A DNA stretch of 64,000 bases from Podarcis tiliguerta (Eukaryota): assembly GCA_965153285.1 (NCBI GenBank), contig OZ229112.1. One strand, given 5' to 3'. Below the pieces are notes generated by a model that was not told the DNA's origin, did no database searches, and saw only the letters and a list, made by a program, of their open reading frames with translations. The translations under genes and the position numbers were made by a program. Within the stretch, counting starts at the first letter, position 1. Each line of letters opens with the position of its first letter. Positions 22,662-45,371 of this stretch are shown in pieces.

Positions 22662-23244
22662 CTTCCCCTCCACCGGCTGCGGAAAAAACACGCAGCTGCG
22701 GCGCGCGGCGTCGAGTTTTGTTTTCAGGAGGAAGGCGGGGGGAGAGCAACGCTTTCTGAGTCACGTGATACAGGCCAGCCTATGGCTGAGGCACATTCAT
22801 AGACCGAAAGGAAAACACGTTGCTCGCGTTCAACCTGCCATGTTGTGCGTGGCGTCAAAAAACGCTCTTTGGATCGGTTTGGCCTAGAGCTGAACGTAAA
22901 TTGGCCTCGGGTGCTACCTGTTAGGCTTTCCTTTTCCTCTCTGTCCGTCTCTCACAGACCACGGCTTCATAGGTCCCTCCTTGGGCAACCTAGGCCGGAG
23001 CAACCAAGATGGCGCAAAGGATAGGTCGCCTGTCACGAAATGTCGCGAGAGCTCCTAAGTCTCCACGTCCTTAGCTTGGCTGGGACGGTCCATAACCTTA
23101 TTGGGGAGGGTTGCCTTGGCTTCGTTACATCCGGGTCCCTCTCCCTGTATCTCCAGTCGGGGCCCTGGTTTCCTGTATCCTCCGCCAGTGGGGTGAGGCA
23201 GGAGGGCGGGCGCCTGCTCGCTCCCCGCAACTGGTGGCAGGAAG

Positions 23245-32913
<9,669 letters not shown>

Positions 32914-33799
32914 CCTTACAGACTGTGTGCCCCCTGCCTCTACATAGGTCATGTACTCTGTTGCTGTTACCTGGGAAAAGGGACAAAGTAACGGGAGCAG
33001 GACCTGGCTTTATCTGCAGATCTCCCCTTGGAAACGGAGAGCAGCAGAAGAGAGAGAAGATGTATTTGTCCGGTTTTGGCCAGATTGTACTGGGCAGAGC
33101 TCTTTTTCTGGCCCACTTAGCTTGGATTGCATAGCTCATTCACTTTCCTCCATACACCTCTTGTTCTTGCTCTTGTCTCTTTAGCCTGTGTACTTGTAAT
33201 CCTCCTCTTTGCTGAGGGAAGAATTAAATTTAATGGATGTCTGTTCTGAGCAATCTCTTCCATTGGATCCTCGTCATAAATTAAGAAGAGCAGAGCAGAT
33301 AGTTCTGTCCTGTTTGTTCTCCTGCTATGTTCTAAAATCCAACCAAACCTATAATTTCATTTGCCCAAGTTGCTTCCCTCAAGTGAGCAGCATTTGACTT
33401 TGGTTGATGCAAACCATGGCAGGCTATGAGCCCGTGCAGACCTCAGATGAATTTGAGTGGTCAACCCTTTGTGCCTCTTTTAATTCCCCCTCGTCCATGT
33501 GGTGTTCTCTCCCAACTGCTGCTATCCTCCACACTTTCTCCTTCCTAAATCTGGAGGTTTAGTCTAAGAATACAGATAAATTTGCATAAGAGCCTGAAAG
33601 GAATTAAGGGCAGAATTTAGCTACTTTTCAATAATAAGGAAAAAGTCATCATTTAAAAAGAAATACCAGTGGCACTGGCTTTTCTGATTAGAGTTATTAA
33701 TACAGAAACAACCTCTCTCTGGATTCCTTATATAAATTGCAGAACAAAAGGACATAACCCACATATTCCATTTACTGAGTTGTATTATTGTAAATAATG

Positions 33800-34260
33800 G
33801 ACATGACTAATTTAGGCCCATTGATTTCAAAAGGTCTTTGAATATAACATGTTTAGACACGGGCCTCTGATTGCACTGGAACAAAGATGTTCATTAAGCA
33901 GAATCTTATTAAATTGGCCAGTTAGTGAAGCAGAGAGCAGATCATTAAAGCAAGTCAACTTAAATGCTGTCCTATCTTTGTAATTAGTTAATGTTGACAA
34001 GTGTGAAGCCTTCACAGTTACATAATTAGGAATATTGCTTTGGAATAGTGGAGAGCAAGACTTAACAGCTGAAATTCTCAGATAAAAATCCAGATCTATT
34101 AATCTCTGGATAACAGAAAGCTGAGCCTTTTTTAGACCATAATTACCATAACTAGTTAGGTTACATTTGCTGATACATGTGGCATGGTACATTCTATTCA
34201 CAATTTCCACTAGAACACAAAGCACTTTCATTTATTTTTCTGCCCTGATCTAATTCTCTC
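33800..34260 (-). mobile_element. Degraded non-LTR retrotransposon 3' fragment (RTE-X-like?)
   Basis: Peptide RTAFKLTCFNDLLSASLTGQFNKILLNEHLC resembles a LINE ORF2 C-terminus preceding the zinc knuckle. Confidence 0.45.
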
Positions 34261-35019
34261 TATTTTTAAGCAGCCAATGCGTAATCAGGGATATAGAAAA
34301 GAGGGATTGAGATTCATTTAACAAGAAAAAGATTAAAGGTTTCTGTTTTTTTGAAAAAATGGTATAAATAAAATGCAACTCTTAACACTAATGGATGTAT
34401 CATGAATATTGAACCTTACAAATCCTTCTAAATTTCCAGTGCCTTTTCAGATTACTGGGTTTCAATGTGATAAGGCCAATGTTTCCTACAAATACCTTAG
34501 CCAGTAAGGGAATAAAACTTTTAATGGTGGTAAACCATTCTCACTTGTGAAAACGGTAACATAATAGTTGGTACTGTCAGAAAAACTGGAACAATTTTAC
34601 CAGATTTGCCATCATATATTTGAAACTATGTCTGCATGGGAGGGTTACCACATTCTTTATTTTAAATAACCCAGCCATGTGGGAAACTATAGGGGGGGAT
34701 GGGAAATGCTGCTGTATCTTCCACATGGCCTATACTGCGCACCAAAAGCCCAGCGGCCGACACATTGGCCAGATGGAAAGCTATACAGGTTGGGCTCAAG
34801 TATCCGAATGAGTGTATGTACTCAAAATATTTAATTTAATTCTGTCTTGCTCACATTCATACACTGACAGTTCTTAGCCCTACATTCTCATCTGTGCAGT
34901 GGCTTGGGTCTGAAGAATCATGGCTTGAGTGCTGATTGCCTAGTACAGCCTTCCTGCTCAACGTCCCAATACATCTCTTATGCCCCAAGCCATTCCTGGG
35001 GTTGCAGGTACCCTCCCAG

Positions 35020-35890
35020 GTGGTATGCAACATATTATTGTCAATGTACAACCTGTGTACAATGAAATTATCCGAGCCTCCCTCCACCCCCCCAAACACT
35101 CAAATCTCATTGCACTCTGTGTGCTTATCGCACAACACACCAACCCCAAAAGTCAGTTGCACTATATTCTTTTCCGTTCAGCAGCCTAACAGCCCACAGA
35201 TAGAGACTGTTTGTTAGCCTGTTGGTAAGACTGATTAGACTTCTATACCTCCTGCCCGAGGGTAGAAGATTAAAGAGGTGCTGCCCGGGATGTGAATGCT
35301 CTCCTAAGGCAACGATCCCTTGCGATGTCATCTAGCGGGCTCGGGACAGCCCATGATATCATGGGCTGTGTTCACCACCCTCTGTAAAGACTTTCTGTCC
35401 GTGGCTGTCAAGCCAACGTACCACACTCTGATACAATATAAGGACAATTTCTATTGTGGACCGGTAGAAGGAGGTCATCAATTGTTGTTTAACATTGTTC
35501 TTTCAAAAGACCCTGAGAAAATGGAGTCTCTGTTGGGCCTTCCTAACCACCTGAGTTATATTGTTTTTCCAAGTGAGGTCTTCACTAAGGTAAACTCCCA
35601 GGAATTTAAAGGAAGAGACTCTCTCCACACAACCCACCCCCCCGGATATATAATGGGGCTAGTTCCCCTCTCTTCCTCCGAAAGTCCATCACCATCTCTT
35701 TTGTCTTGCTAATATTAGGTACAAGTTATTCGCTAAGCACCATGTAGATACTTTTTGAACCTCCCCCCTGTACGCTGATTCATCTCCACCTGGAATTAGA
35801 CGCATTATATCTGCAAACTTATTAATTACAGTGGATGGATCAGATGAAATACAGTCATGTATACAATGAGTACAGGTAGGGACTCAGTAC
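35020..35890 (-). mobile_element. Rex1/Babar-like LINE 3' fragment
   Basis: HPGQHLFNLLPSGRRYRS..RLTNSLY..AVRLLN C-terminus; KFAD remnant of the RT motif near 35810. Confidence 0.7.
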
Positions 35891-36080
35891 ATGTCCCTAT
35901 GGGGTTCCAGTGCTGAGCTTCAGGGAGGTAGATACAGCATGTTGGACTGTACTACAATGGAGGGGGAGGGGGAGGGAGAAACCAGCAGGCAAATCCCAAA
36001 AGGTTCAGATCCAAGCTGTTTTATCTCCCATCAGCAGCAAGAATCTCTCCATGGATATGATGGAAGCTTCCCACCCAATC

Positions 36081-36177
36081 AGAGCTCCACGTTGGGTGAA
36101 ATATTACTGTATTGCAGGGGGCTGGATGAGATGATCCTCATGGCCCCTTCTAACTCTTCAATTGTATGAATCTATGA
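36081..36177 (+). mobile_element. 5'-truncated tRNA-Lys/CR1-tail SINE
   Basis: GAGCTCCACGTTGGGTG (tRNA-Lys 3' end) followed by the CR1-like tail. Confidence 0.55.
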
Positions 36178-39100
36178 GCCCTGCCATATATCCCAACAGA
36201 CAAGAAACGGGCCTGGTAATGAAGATATCACAAACTGTCACCTTCAAAGCAAGGATGGGGAATGAAGGGGAAGATGTCAGCAGTTAGTTAGTTAGCAAGC
36301 AATAATGATGACCTCTTAACAGAAGTTGGATACATCCCTGGAGTCCTCTCTCCTACGCTATTATGTCTAATAACAGTCTTTCTAATGAGACATAATTTAA
36401 TTGAGAATTGCAACTGATTTTGCTGCAGAGTTGTAACATCCATGTCTCAAATACTGTGCTGGTCCAAAGGGCTGAAATGATGCTTCATTCTCACTGCTTT
36501 ACCCTGGTAACCATCCTGCAATCTGTTTTCAGATGGAAGCTGATTAGTTATCATTAAAAAAATCTGAAGTGGGGATTTAATTGCTTAAGATTAATCAAGG
36601 TTTTTTTTTCAAAGCTGAAATCTCTATGCTACCTTTTCCTAATTTTATTATGTTGGCTTCAAATATTTTGGGCTAGGCAAGTGTTCCAACAGCAACTGAA
36701 GAGAAGGAAAGGTTTGAAATGCAAGCCTATCGTGAACAGCTTGGCCTAATTAATATATTAGTGAGGAACCATAAATCATATGAAGTTGCTTTATTTCTAG
36801 GCTGGAACTCTTTGCATGCCTTTATCCCTGGATCTTTAAAACTGTATATAACCAGACCATTAACACGGCCTAGTCCAGTACTTTCCTGGCCGAAGCACTT
36901 TGGATAATTTGGAGTATGCTCAATCACCAGATAAATGGCAGGCACCTGATATTCTTTACCTTTCATGCCATAGGATGTTATTACATCAATTATGCAGACC
37001 ATATTGTCAAAGCTTTGGGGTTGTCATCTGAGTCTTCTATGGCTTGTCCTACTGTTTATTTTGGTTACAGTGTGCAGCCTTTGGAGAATCAAATGAAATG
37101 CAAGTCCTAAGCCAGGTCATCTATTCCAAACTGCAAAGCGGCTATTATATTCCCCAATATTGTGTTTCTTACTTCTGTGTCTTCTAATTCTTCTCCTTTA
37201 TCCTGCAACTAATGCTCAAGTGCTTATTTTATTTCCCCCCTTAATTACAAGACAAAATGGATTTTGCTTGGAGTTTGGACTCTGCATTAGCAGATTAGTT
37301 ATATGTAGAAAGCTCTCTAGGCTTCTGATCCTAATAGTCCCAACCCCATTCAGTCCCACTAACATTTTCATCACTTATTGTTCTAGCCATTATCTCTGGG
37401 CTTTGCTCCCCGCCTGCCTGCCTGCCCCCCCCCCCTTGGTACAAAGCTCCTAGGGCCCTTGATGTTACAACCCATTGCCCAGTAAGAAGGGGAGAGTAGC
37501 AGGAGTTTATGCTCCTTTCCTCTGCGTTCCTAGCATTTAATTAATTGCAGAGAGCTGCAGCCAAAAAAGCCCTGCGCAGTATGCTTGCTGAAGTAAGCAA
37601 AGCTTCTTTGTAAAAATTGTGCCTGCCAGGCTATTTTTTAATACCAGCTGCCACCCTCCAGCTGAGGAAAAGCAAAATCATGGCTAGATTAGTTTAGACC
37701 ACAAACTCCTCAGGGCAGAGAATTGCATCACTGAGCATACTGCGGATGAATGCCTCCTACCCTTTGCTGTCCTTTGAACTTTCTGCCAGAGCAGAGGAAC
37801 TTCAGTTTCCTGGCTCTTTTTCCCAGCCTATCCCTTAACACCACTATTGCTAAAAAAAGAACTTGTCATCAGAGTTATTCACACCTACTGCTTTCCTCCA
37901 CACTTGCAGTTCCTCTTGATTGTGGGCACTTCAACGCTTCTGGTCACTGTGTCTTCATATGGTACCATGAATGTACATCCACAATGCCATAAGAAAACAA
38001 AGAGCAGCCATCACTGGGAGCAAGCAGTAGTAACACAGAAAGGATACAGGATTATAACAGTGAGAATAGGCTACTCAACAAGACTTGGTGTGGCTGATGA
38101 GATCTATCGCTCACAGAGCCTTCATGTACCCATCTATTTAGCTGAGGCCCACACTATTAATTCCACTAAAGGAAATTCCTTCCCCGCCCCTCTCCAGCTG
38201 TCAACATCCACTGTCAGTTTAGCACACTGGAAGAGCACGTGATTTTCATGCAACCATCCCAGGTTTAATCAGATGGAGCTATTTAGAAGGAGGCTGAGTA
38301 GAATGTACTCATTGCCCTAATAACCCCTTCAGGAATATCTAATTCAGCTGTAAACAGATCCCGAACTGAATCAGATGTGTTCATATCTGTGTTCCTGTAA
38401 AAAGCTGCTTCTGTTCACTTTCCTTCAGTCTACATGGCAAGCAGCACTTAAGTGAAGTATAAATTGTTTGCTAATTAGCACTGTGTGTGCATAAGGAATG
38501 TTACAGAAAAGGCTCAGGTCACTGCCCTGAGGCGCTGGCTGTTAAAAATCTGACACAAGGCAGGAAAAGGAAGTAGAGGTAGGAGTAAACAGGCAGAGAA
38601 TGTGCAACTCAGTCACATACATTTAGGCTTGATTATGGGCCTAGTTACCTGTAGGTCCACCTTCCCCAACTTGGTGCCTTCCAAATGTTTTGGGAATGCT
38701 GGCTGGAGCTGACTGGGACTGACCAGCACCCGGTTGGGGGAGGCTGCTGCTGAAATAAGTGAAGAGAGCTGGGATCACACAGGTGTTCTGGGAGACTGTT
38801 CTAAGCAGCAATGGAGGAAAGGCAAAGTGGTTCCTCCCCAATTCCCTCATTCCATAATGGCAGGAATAAGTCCTTCTGGCCTGCTCTGGGTGGATATACT
38901 CATATACAAAAGGTTAACACTCCTGCTCCTTCAGTTGCAGACCTTGCTTTATCTTGCATCTCCATTTCTGCTTACACCTAAAGCTGAGGTAAAATGAAAC
39001 ACAGATTAAGAGATGTGTAATCCTTTAATACAGTACAAACCTCTACTGTACAGTACTGCCCTTTGGCTCCTGCTCCTGTAGAGTTCATGAATACAGGAGC

Positions 39101-39549
39101 AGAGCAGAGCCACTCAGAGAACCAAAGGCTATTTTTACTATCATTTTGGGTGTTCCACTCACCCATTCGCATGAATCCTACAGGGACTCAAAGCGTTTTA
39201 CAGATAAAATAGGAACAGCTAAAAACTTTTTGAAAAGAACAATAATTAAAAACAATTAAGCATTTATAAAATCAAAACTATATATAAACAGAGCAGATCT
39301 ATTAAAAATGTACAGATGAAAAAAAAACACATTCCCATGAGTGCTTCCATTAAAAGAAAGATGATGTGGGAATTGTCTTTATGACTGCAGGAGTGGTCTT
39401 GCTGGGAATAAGGACCTGGACGTGAGGGGTACGGAGGATGTCCAAGCTTGACTTCTCAGCCATTTTGGAAACGTGGTGCTGGAAACAGGGAAGGATCTAC
39501 CAGCCACCGTTGCCGCTGCTGTTTAAACTACTAGACAGATAAAACAGAC

Positions 39550-40570
39550 ATACTGTATATCATGCCTCCTTTTACTCGTGGAGAGGCCCCCATCCGAACC
39601 TATTCTAAGCGGCAGATTCCCTGCTCTGGAACTTGCGCCGTCAAAACGGGGCGCCTCTGAGCAACTGCAGAGTTCATTTCTCTCATCGCAGCCGAGGAAG
39701 CGCGAAAATGCTGGTCCCAATCCCACCCCCCCCCTCCACGACCCCACTCCCTTGAAGGTCAGCTCTGGGTCACAGGGTGCGGCTTGGCCCACGATCCGCC
39801 GCACAGTCGCATCCAAGAGATGGCGCAAAGCATCTCGCCGAGAGGGAAGACGGAGGTCTCCAGGACCCCGCCCGGCCCCGGCTTCCTCCACCAACCGAGC
39901 GCCTGGATCTAAATGAAATCCCGTCAGCCCCGGCCTCACGCACAGCCCCTGTCGGCGGGGAGGGCCTGGAGGTGGAGCCCGGGGCAGGACAGCGCGCCTG
40001 GGGAGGCGGCGGGGCGGCAGTAGCCGCGTGGCCCGGCTTGGCAAGAGCGCAGGCTGCGGTGCCTGGCTGTGGCCATAGGAACCGGCGCAGCGCCAAACAA
40101 AGCTGGGTCCTCCTCCCTCGCTCCCTCCTCCCGCCCCGCCACACGCGCACCCGGGGGGCATAAGGAGGGAGGAGACAGCGCAGCTCCGGTCTCTGCAGCG
40201 GCGCTGGCGACGCCGTCCCGCCGCCGGCACTATGCGCTGGGCGCTGCCGCGGGAGCCGCCGGTGCGCTAAGAGGAGGAGGAGGAGCAGGCGCGGCGGCCG
40301 AAGGAGGGACTCGCGCCCGGGAGTCGTCAGATCTGCCCCGGGCCCGGGAGTAAAGGCGGAGCAGGTGCGGCGGCAGGAGCGGCAGTACAAGCCTCAGCGA
40401 CCGAGGCTGCATTGCTGTGGGTGGCAAGGAGGGCGCCGGGGAAGGGGGAAGATCTTTCGTAGACGCCTGAAGCTGGAGGGCACGGCAGCCCGCCCCCACC
40501 CCTTCCCCGGCGGACACGGCGGCTTGTTCTCCGATTGCGCAGAAGCCTGAACACACACACACACGCTCGT
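39550..40570. promoter_or_regulatory. LRRC73: CpG island and promoter of LRRC73
   Basis: Very GC/CpG-rich, with GC boxes (CCGCCCC) and an X-box-like GTGGCCATAGGAAC at 40069-40082; lies 0.6-1.6 kb upstream of the ATG. Confidence 0.8.
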
Positions 40571-41148
40571 TTTTTTCTATTCGTGTGAAATTCCAGAAAG
40601 GATCTGGCACCGATTTGGATTTGCATTTCTTGCTCCTGTTATTTCACATTGCCTGGCATCTGCCTGCACCACCTTATCCCGGTCTGCTCACCTTACCCTC
40701 TTCACAACCCTGCTCGGGACTGGAAAGCGCTCTGCTTTTGACATATCTTAGAGAGTACCCATTATTGTTGTCCACATGCTTTAATTTGGAGTTGCACAGA
40801 ATTTACCTTGATGCATCCGGGTCGCATAGAAGTTTCTACGCGGATCCGGCTTGCGCAACGCTTAAAGCTGCTTTAAGGAGCACCTATTTGAACTGCGTAC
40901 AAGAAGTACTGTATTCTGGCCTGAGCCGAATAGCACATTGAATTCGGGTATTGTAACATTGCACCGTGGCCTCCAGCTTCGTTTGCACAGGATTGCACAA
41001 CCGTCGGTCCACTGATTTCCTTAACGCGCTCCTTACCTCTTCTGATCCGGATTGCAAAGCAATCCCTGCACTGCTCTGGATTGCACGTTGCTTGCACAAA
41101 TCCGGATTAGTTTGCTGCTGAGAGTGTTTTATTCACAAAGATATAAAT

Positions 41149-41420
41149 ATGTTGCCGGGATCTATCCAGATCTCTGGGGAGACTTTATCAAGTGCCGAGA
41201 TTCGGGATATCTGTGAGAGCCTGAGAGAGAACTCCATCAAACTGCTTTCGCTCCGGGGCTGTCAGCTTTCCGACAGAGATTTTGGCCGCATCTGCAGGGG
41301 GGTCGCAGAATCTCACTCCTTAGCTCAACTTAATCTTAACTTGGGGATTGTCTCCAATATCAATCGGGTCAAGCAACTGGCTGAAGCCCTGAAGACCAAC
41401 CGCTCTGTCCAGTCTTTGTT
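41149..41420 (+). CDS. LRRC73: LRRC73 coding exon 1
   Basis: ATG at 41149, gtgagt donor, 272 nt. Confidence 0.94.
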
Positions 41421-44400
41421 GTGAGTAGCCCTCTACTTAGTAGGACTTGAGGAAAGGTGCCCAGTTCTGCTGGCAGAAGTCTTGCAGTCCGATTCATATG
41501 CATGTTTACTCAAAAGTAAGCCCCATTATGTTAAATAGATCTTACTCACAGGTAAGTGTGCATAGGATTGCAGCTGTTGCTGGTGGGCTTCCAAAATTGT
41601 TTAGTGTATCTGTGTAGTCCAAACCCCTTACTGGGAGCAAATCCTATTGACTTCTGAGTAGACATGGATATATAATTGAGCTGTTAGTCCTTAACACCTT
41701 TTAACTAACCTTTTGCTGTAGGTGCAAAGTTTCCCACACACCCCAAAAGGGCTTTGAGGGCAAGGTTGTGATTCTAATCCAAAATGATGATAGCATTCTA
41801 GATTATTTCAAACCCAATACAGATTAATCTTCTTAAACAGAAACAGTGAAACTTGGATTTGGGCAACATTTTATTACCCTAAGCAAAATTCCAGCATATC
41901 TCAGGGCAGCAAACCCAGGACAAAGCGATGTATGTTGTGTCAGAAGGAAGAGTAGGACACTGAAACGCAGGTGGGGGAGGAAACCATAGTGATAAAGGAA
42001 TCTGCTACCATGACAGAGAACGGAGTGGGGAGTAAGAAAGCAGATTCAAAGACTCCTTTAATTAACCTTCGTCTTTTAGAGTTGTTGGCATGAATCGCCC
42101 GTTAACTTATTTACTGCATTTCTTTGTCATAGTTTGAGCTGGGTGAAGTCAACTGCGACTCTTGAGGAACGATAGTTTAATTCCTAACCATTTATTCTTG
42201 CACAGCCTCCACGGAAGTCCCCTGACAGACGCTGGTCTGGCTCTTCTGAACCCAGCGCTCTCCATCCATCCCTCACTAGTGGCCTTGGACTTAGGGGACT
42301 GCATGCTGGGTGATGAAGGTATTAACTTGATCTGTGGACTGCTCCCTCCTGATGGGGCCAAGTCAGGTAAGCAAAACTGGGTGTGTGGAGTTCTTGTATA
42401 TCTCTGGAGCTCATAATGGACTTCAGATCTTTGTTCATACAGTTCTACAGTTGGAACGGTTGTGGAGGTAATGTCCACTCCCTGTTCAGTACAGGATCTG
42501 CAGTACAGGATGCAACCACAGCATACCTGACAGATGGCTGTCTTAATTACTTCCCATGGCAACCTGTTCTTTGTTTAACAGCTCTAACCATTGGGGAAGT
42601 TTCTGTTCCTGAATTCTAGCCAAAATTTGCTCTCCTGCAATTTTCACATGCTGGTTCCGGAACAACAGAGAACAAGTCTGCTCTGCCTTCATGACATCCC
42701 TTTAAACCATTGTTTTTCTTCTTCAGAGAGTAAAGAGACCCCCTGACAAATTGTAGCACTGAGTTTTCAGCACAGTGAAATTATAGTGAAATTTACTCTG
42801 TCGGCTAAGGATCTGTGGCTTGCTAAGAATAAACGGATTCTCATTCTGGGAGAGAAGGCATTCAGAATAGAAGTAATTATACTTTGTCCTGTTATAGAAC
42901 TAAACAGTGTCATTTCTCACTGTCAGTGTGAGGATCTGTAGGCTTTGCAGTTGTTTTGCATTTTATTTTTTGCAACCAAAACTTGATGCTGTCACATTAA
43001 AAGCCGTTTTCCTTTTTCTGAAATGCCCTATTGCTGTGAATTTTATCTGTTGGTGCTACTCAGAAATATCACCAAAGGTTATTTTTTGCTGAAGGAATTA
43101 TCTTGAGCTAAATCAAAAGTCTTTTGAGAAAAGAGTATTGGAGACTGGCGGACTGGAAAATAATACTTTGACCGAGTTTTCAGCCGTCCTCTTCCACTCT
43201 ACTGCATTAAGCATGCCACTAGGCTTGCAAGAGCAAAATCTGGAGAAAGAAAAATAAGGGCACTGCAGATCTGTTGTGTGTATTCTGGTAAATTTGGAAC
43301 CTCGGTGTTTAACACGATCCGTTAGAAAGAAACATTGCCCCTCTGCCTTTTAGCATGAGATCATCCTTTTACCTTAAAGAGCTCTTCTTTCTTGCTTCTT
43401 CTTGTCCTTCTTGTGATAGCACTTTGTCCTCTTTGGGGGCCTGCTGTTTCTGTGGTTGGGGTGGTTTGCAGCTACAGTGGTACCTTGGGTTACATACGCT
43501 TCAAGTTACATACGCTTCAGGTTACAGACTCTGCTAACCCAGAAATAGTGCTTCAGGTTAGGAACAGAAATTGGGCTCCGGCAGTGCAGCAGCAGCAGGA
43601 GGCCCCCATTAGCTAAAGTGGTGCTTCAGGTTAAGAACAGTTTCAGGTTAAGTACGGACCTCTGGAACAAATTGAGTACTTAACCCGAGGTACCACTGTA
43701 GCTGTGAAAGGGAAAGGGATCAGATACTGTGGGCCCAGGGATCAAGAACTTGTTGTCCTCCGTACGTTCTTGGATTAAAGTTCCCCTCATCTGTGACCAT
43801 TGGCCATGCTGGCTAGGATTGATGGGGGTTGAAAAAGTCCACAACATCTGGAGGGATTTATTTTTTTTTACCTGCCCTGGAATCTGCTGGTGAAGGGCGG
43901 GTAATATATTTTATAATAAAAATAATAAGGTTTCCCATCTCTAGTGTAGACAAATAAGGGCATCGTTCAGACAGCATCATACCAGAAAATTAACTCTGTA
44001 AGTATGATGCAAATTATTCTGCTTGTATCCTGTTAGCATGTGAAAATTAGCACAACATGTTCTCCCAATGCTTATCTTGGGAACAGTTTCCACAACATTT
44101 ATGTCTACAGTTATCAGACTCAGCTGACGTGTGTGTTCACATGGGCAAATGTAGCATGTCATCAAATGCTGCCGAAGTTGCAGGGCATTCAGGAACATTT
44201 AATTGTTACTTATTATATTTGTGTCCCACCAGTGGCATAGCGTGGGTTGTCAGCACCCGGGGCAAGGCAAGTAATCTGTGCCCCCTAACCCGTGGATTTG
44301 CGCCCCCTAACCCGTGGATTTGCGCCCCCTAACCCTAACCCCCAGATGTTGCGTGCGGCCGGCCCCCCCTGCACCCCCCATGCTACGCCACTGTGTCCCA

Positions 44401-45313
44401 CCCTTTCTCCCAAAGGAGCCGAGAGTGGCAAACATCAAAATGTCAAATTCTAATCAAGCATTCACAAGATGACTTGGTACAGATTAGTTTTCTTTTCCCT
44501 TTATTTTTATCAACCTTGGGGATGTGGGTGCTGTTGGAGTTTCCTTTGCCAGCCACCAAAATGACTTGAGCCACTTCTGATCCAAGAAGCCTTTAAAAGG
44601 GTGGAGGACAACAATTTAACTACACATTTAATGTCTCTGAATACAACTTGTGTTAACATACAACTCTCCCACAGTTTGTTCTTAAGAAATCTGTCCTTTT
44701 AACCATCCTGATAGTTTGCCCAAAAGTGTGGTTAAAATGTATTCAGGGGTTATTAGTAGTAGTACTACAGTGGTACCTCTGGTTGCAAATGGGATCCATT
44801 CCGGAGGCCTGTTCACAACCTGAAAAGAGCGCAACCTGAAGCGCCGTATCTATGCAGGTGCGCGGAGCGATTTGGGACTTGTGCGCATGCATGAGCAGCG
44901 AAACCCGGAAGTAACCCTTTCCGGTACTTCCGGGTCGCTGCGGGACACAACCTGAAAAGACGTAACCTGAAGCGTCCATATCATGAGGTATGACTGTAGT
45001 AGTAGTATTTTAAAGCAAATGTAAAATGCGGATTGGAGATTTTAATCCACACCCATGATTCTGCAGGGAGAAGAAAAGGGCAGTATTTTTGCACTTGATT
45101 ATAATCCTGAATACAAGAGTGAGATCTTGTGATTGTGTAAACTCACTTGGCTTCCCTTAGGTTTGAAGGAGTTGACTCTCAGTGCTAACCCTGGCATCAC
45201 AGCCAAAGGATGGGGGCGCCTGGCTATTGCAGTGGCTCATAGTTCCCAGGTGCGAGTGTTGAACTTGGACTACAACCCACTGGGTGAGAGGAGCATGGAT
45301 ATCGTGCGTGGCT

Positions 45314-45371
<58 letters not shown>

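Noticed and set aside
39523-40626. Long ORFs (up to 235 aa) on both strands
   Set aside because: Expected stop-codon depletion in a CpG island; Ala/Arg/Pro/Gly-rich without domains
40790-41100. TGCAC repeats as metal-response elements
   Set aside because: None fits the MTF-1 core TGCRCNC
42550-42563. X-box-like CTTCCCATGGCAAC
   Set aside because: Only one good half-site, and it lies inside a degraded CR1 fragment
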